A DNA stretch of 51,695 nucleotides, taken from assembly GCA_041946805.1 (NCBI GenBank), contig JBHGBC010000025.1, positions 1-51,695 on the forward strand, written 5' to 3'. The notes under the pieces were generated by a model. That model did no database searches. It was not told the origin of the DNA and saw nothing but the letters and a program-made list of their open reading frames with translations. This DNA comes from a bacterium. GTDB taxonomy: Bacteria > Hinthialibacterota > Hinthialibacteria > Hinthialibacterales > Hinthialibacteraceae. How positions within the stretch are numbered: the first letter of the stretch is position 1; every line of letters starts with the position of its first letter. This document shows positions 51,452 to 51,695 of the stretch, piece by piece. The position numbers and the translations under genes were made by a program.

Positions 51452-51476
51452 TTCATTTTGTAAGCGGAAAGATTAC

Positions 51477-51626
51477 TTACCGGGTTTCGCGGTGCAGGGT
51501 GTGCTTGTTGCACCAGCGGCAGTATTTCTTGATCTCCATCCGGTCGGGATGGAGGCGTTTGTTTTTCATGGTCGAGTAATTGCGTTGTTTGCACTCGGTG
51601 CAGGCGATGATTACTTGCTCGCGCAT
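51477..51626 (-). CDS. rpmG: 50S ribosomal protein L33 (zinc-ribbon form)
   Basis: Hand translation gives [49 protein letters not shown] (49 aa, absent from the ORF track), with a GGAG RBS. Confidence 0.97.
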   Translation of the reverse strand: MREQVIIACTECKQRNYSTMKNKRLHPDRMEIKKYCRWCNKHTLHRETR

Positions 51627-51636
51627 GACAGTGCTC

Positions 51637-51695
51637 CTATTCGATGATTTCGGCGACGACGCCGGCGCCCACGGTGCGGCCGCCCTCGCGGATGG
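51637..51695 (-). CDS. tuf: Elongation factor Tu, C-terminal end (partial)
   Basis: Hand translation gives [18 protein letters not shown], the conserved EF-Tu C-terminus. Confidence 0.95.
   Translation of the reverse strand, partial: IREGGRTVGAGVVAEIIE

Noticed and set aside
51426..51476. tRNA-Trp expected downstream of rpmG
   Set aside because: No cloverleaf or T-loop motif is visible, and the space is occupied by the IS end.
51441..51647. Plus-strand 68-aa ORF
   Set aside because: It is the antisense shadow of rpmG.

Overview
A GC-rich bacterial chromosomal segment, mostly metabolic and accessory genes. Left to right: a partial MNT/HEPN pair; a secreted hypothetical protein; rhaT and a GH78 alpha-L-rhamnosidase; a two-subunit xanthine-oxidase-family molybdoenzyme; an M28-like metallohydrolase; a five-gene hdrC/D-etfB-etfA-membrane FeS oxidoreductase-hdrA operon; an orphan TPP-dependent E1alpha/E1beta pair with a double YgiT zinc-finger gene; a DUF1080-PHP fusion, two Tat-type Gfo/Idh/MocA oxidoreductases and a URO-D-like protein; an ArsP-type permease; a secreted DUF362 protein; a second MNT/HEPN pair; GNAT and DegT amino-sugar genes next to an ABC/AAA_21 ATPase with a small partner gene; a methyltransferase; a YD-repeat-like protein; an orphan prepilin; a TlpA-like protein; a double-parvulin PPIase; acs; a GH42-like hydrolase; a tandem esterase; a decayed ISL3 transposase; rpmG; and the 3' end of tuf. 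Intergenic DNA carries many copies of a small inverted-repeat element (one copy nested in another, each with a degenerate 8-bp target duplication) and several REP-like hairpins. No CRISPR array, rRNA or tRNA was seen. Strongest leads: a shared C-terminal [VI]xDWLx[QY] tail on two unrelated secreted proteins (candidate sorting signal), a Tat-signal-bearing E1alpha with a divergent E1beta and no E2/E3, the ATPase plus partner candidate defence pair, and the nested MITE family. Family assignments come from motif recognition by eye, without database searches.
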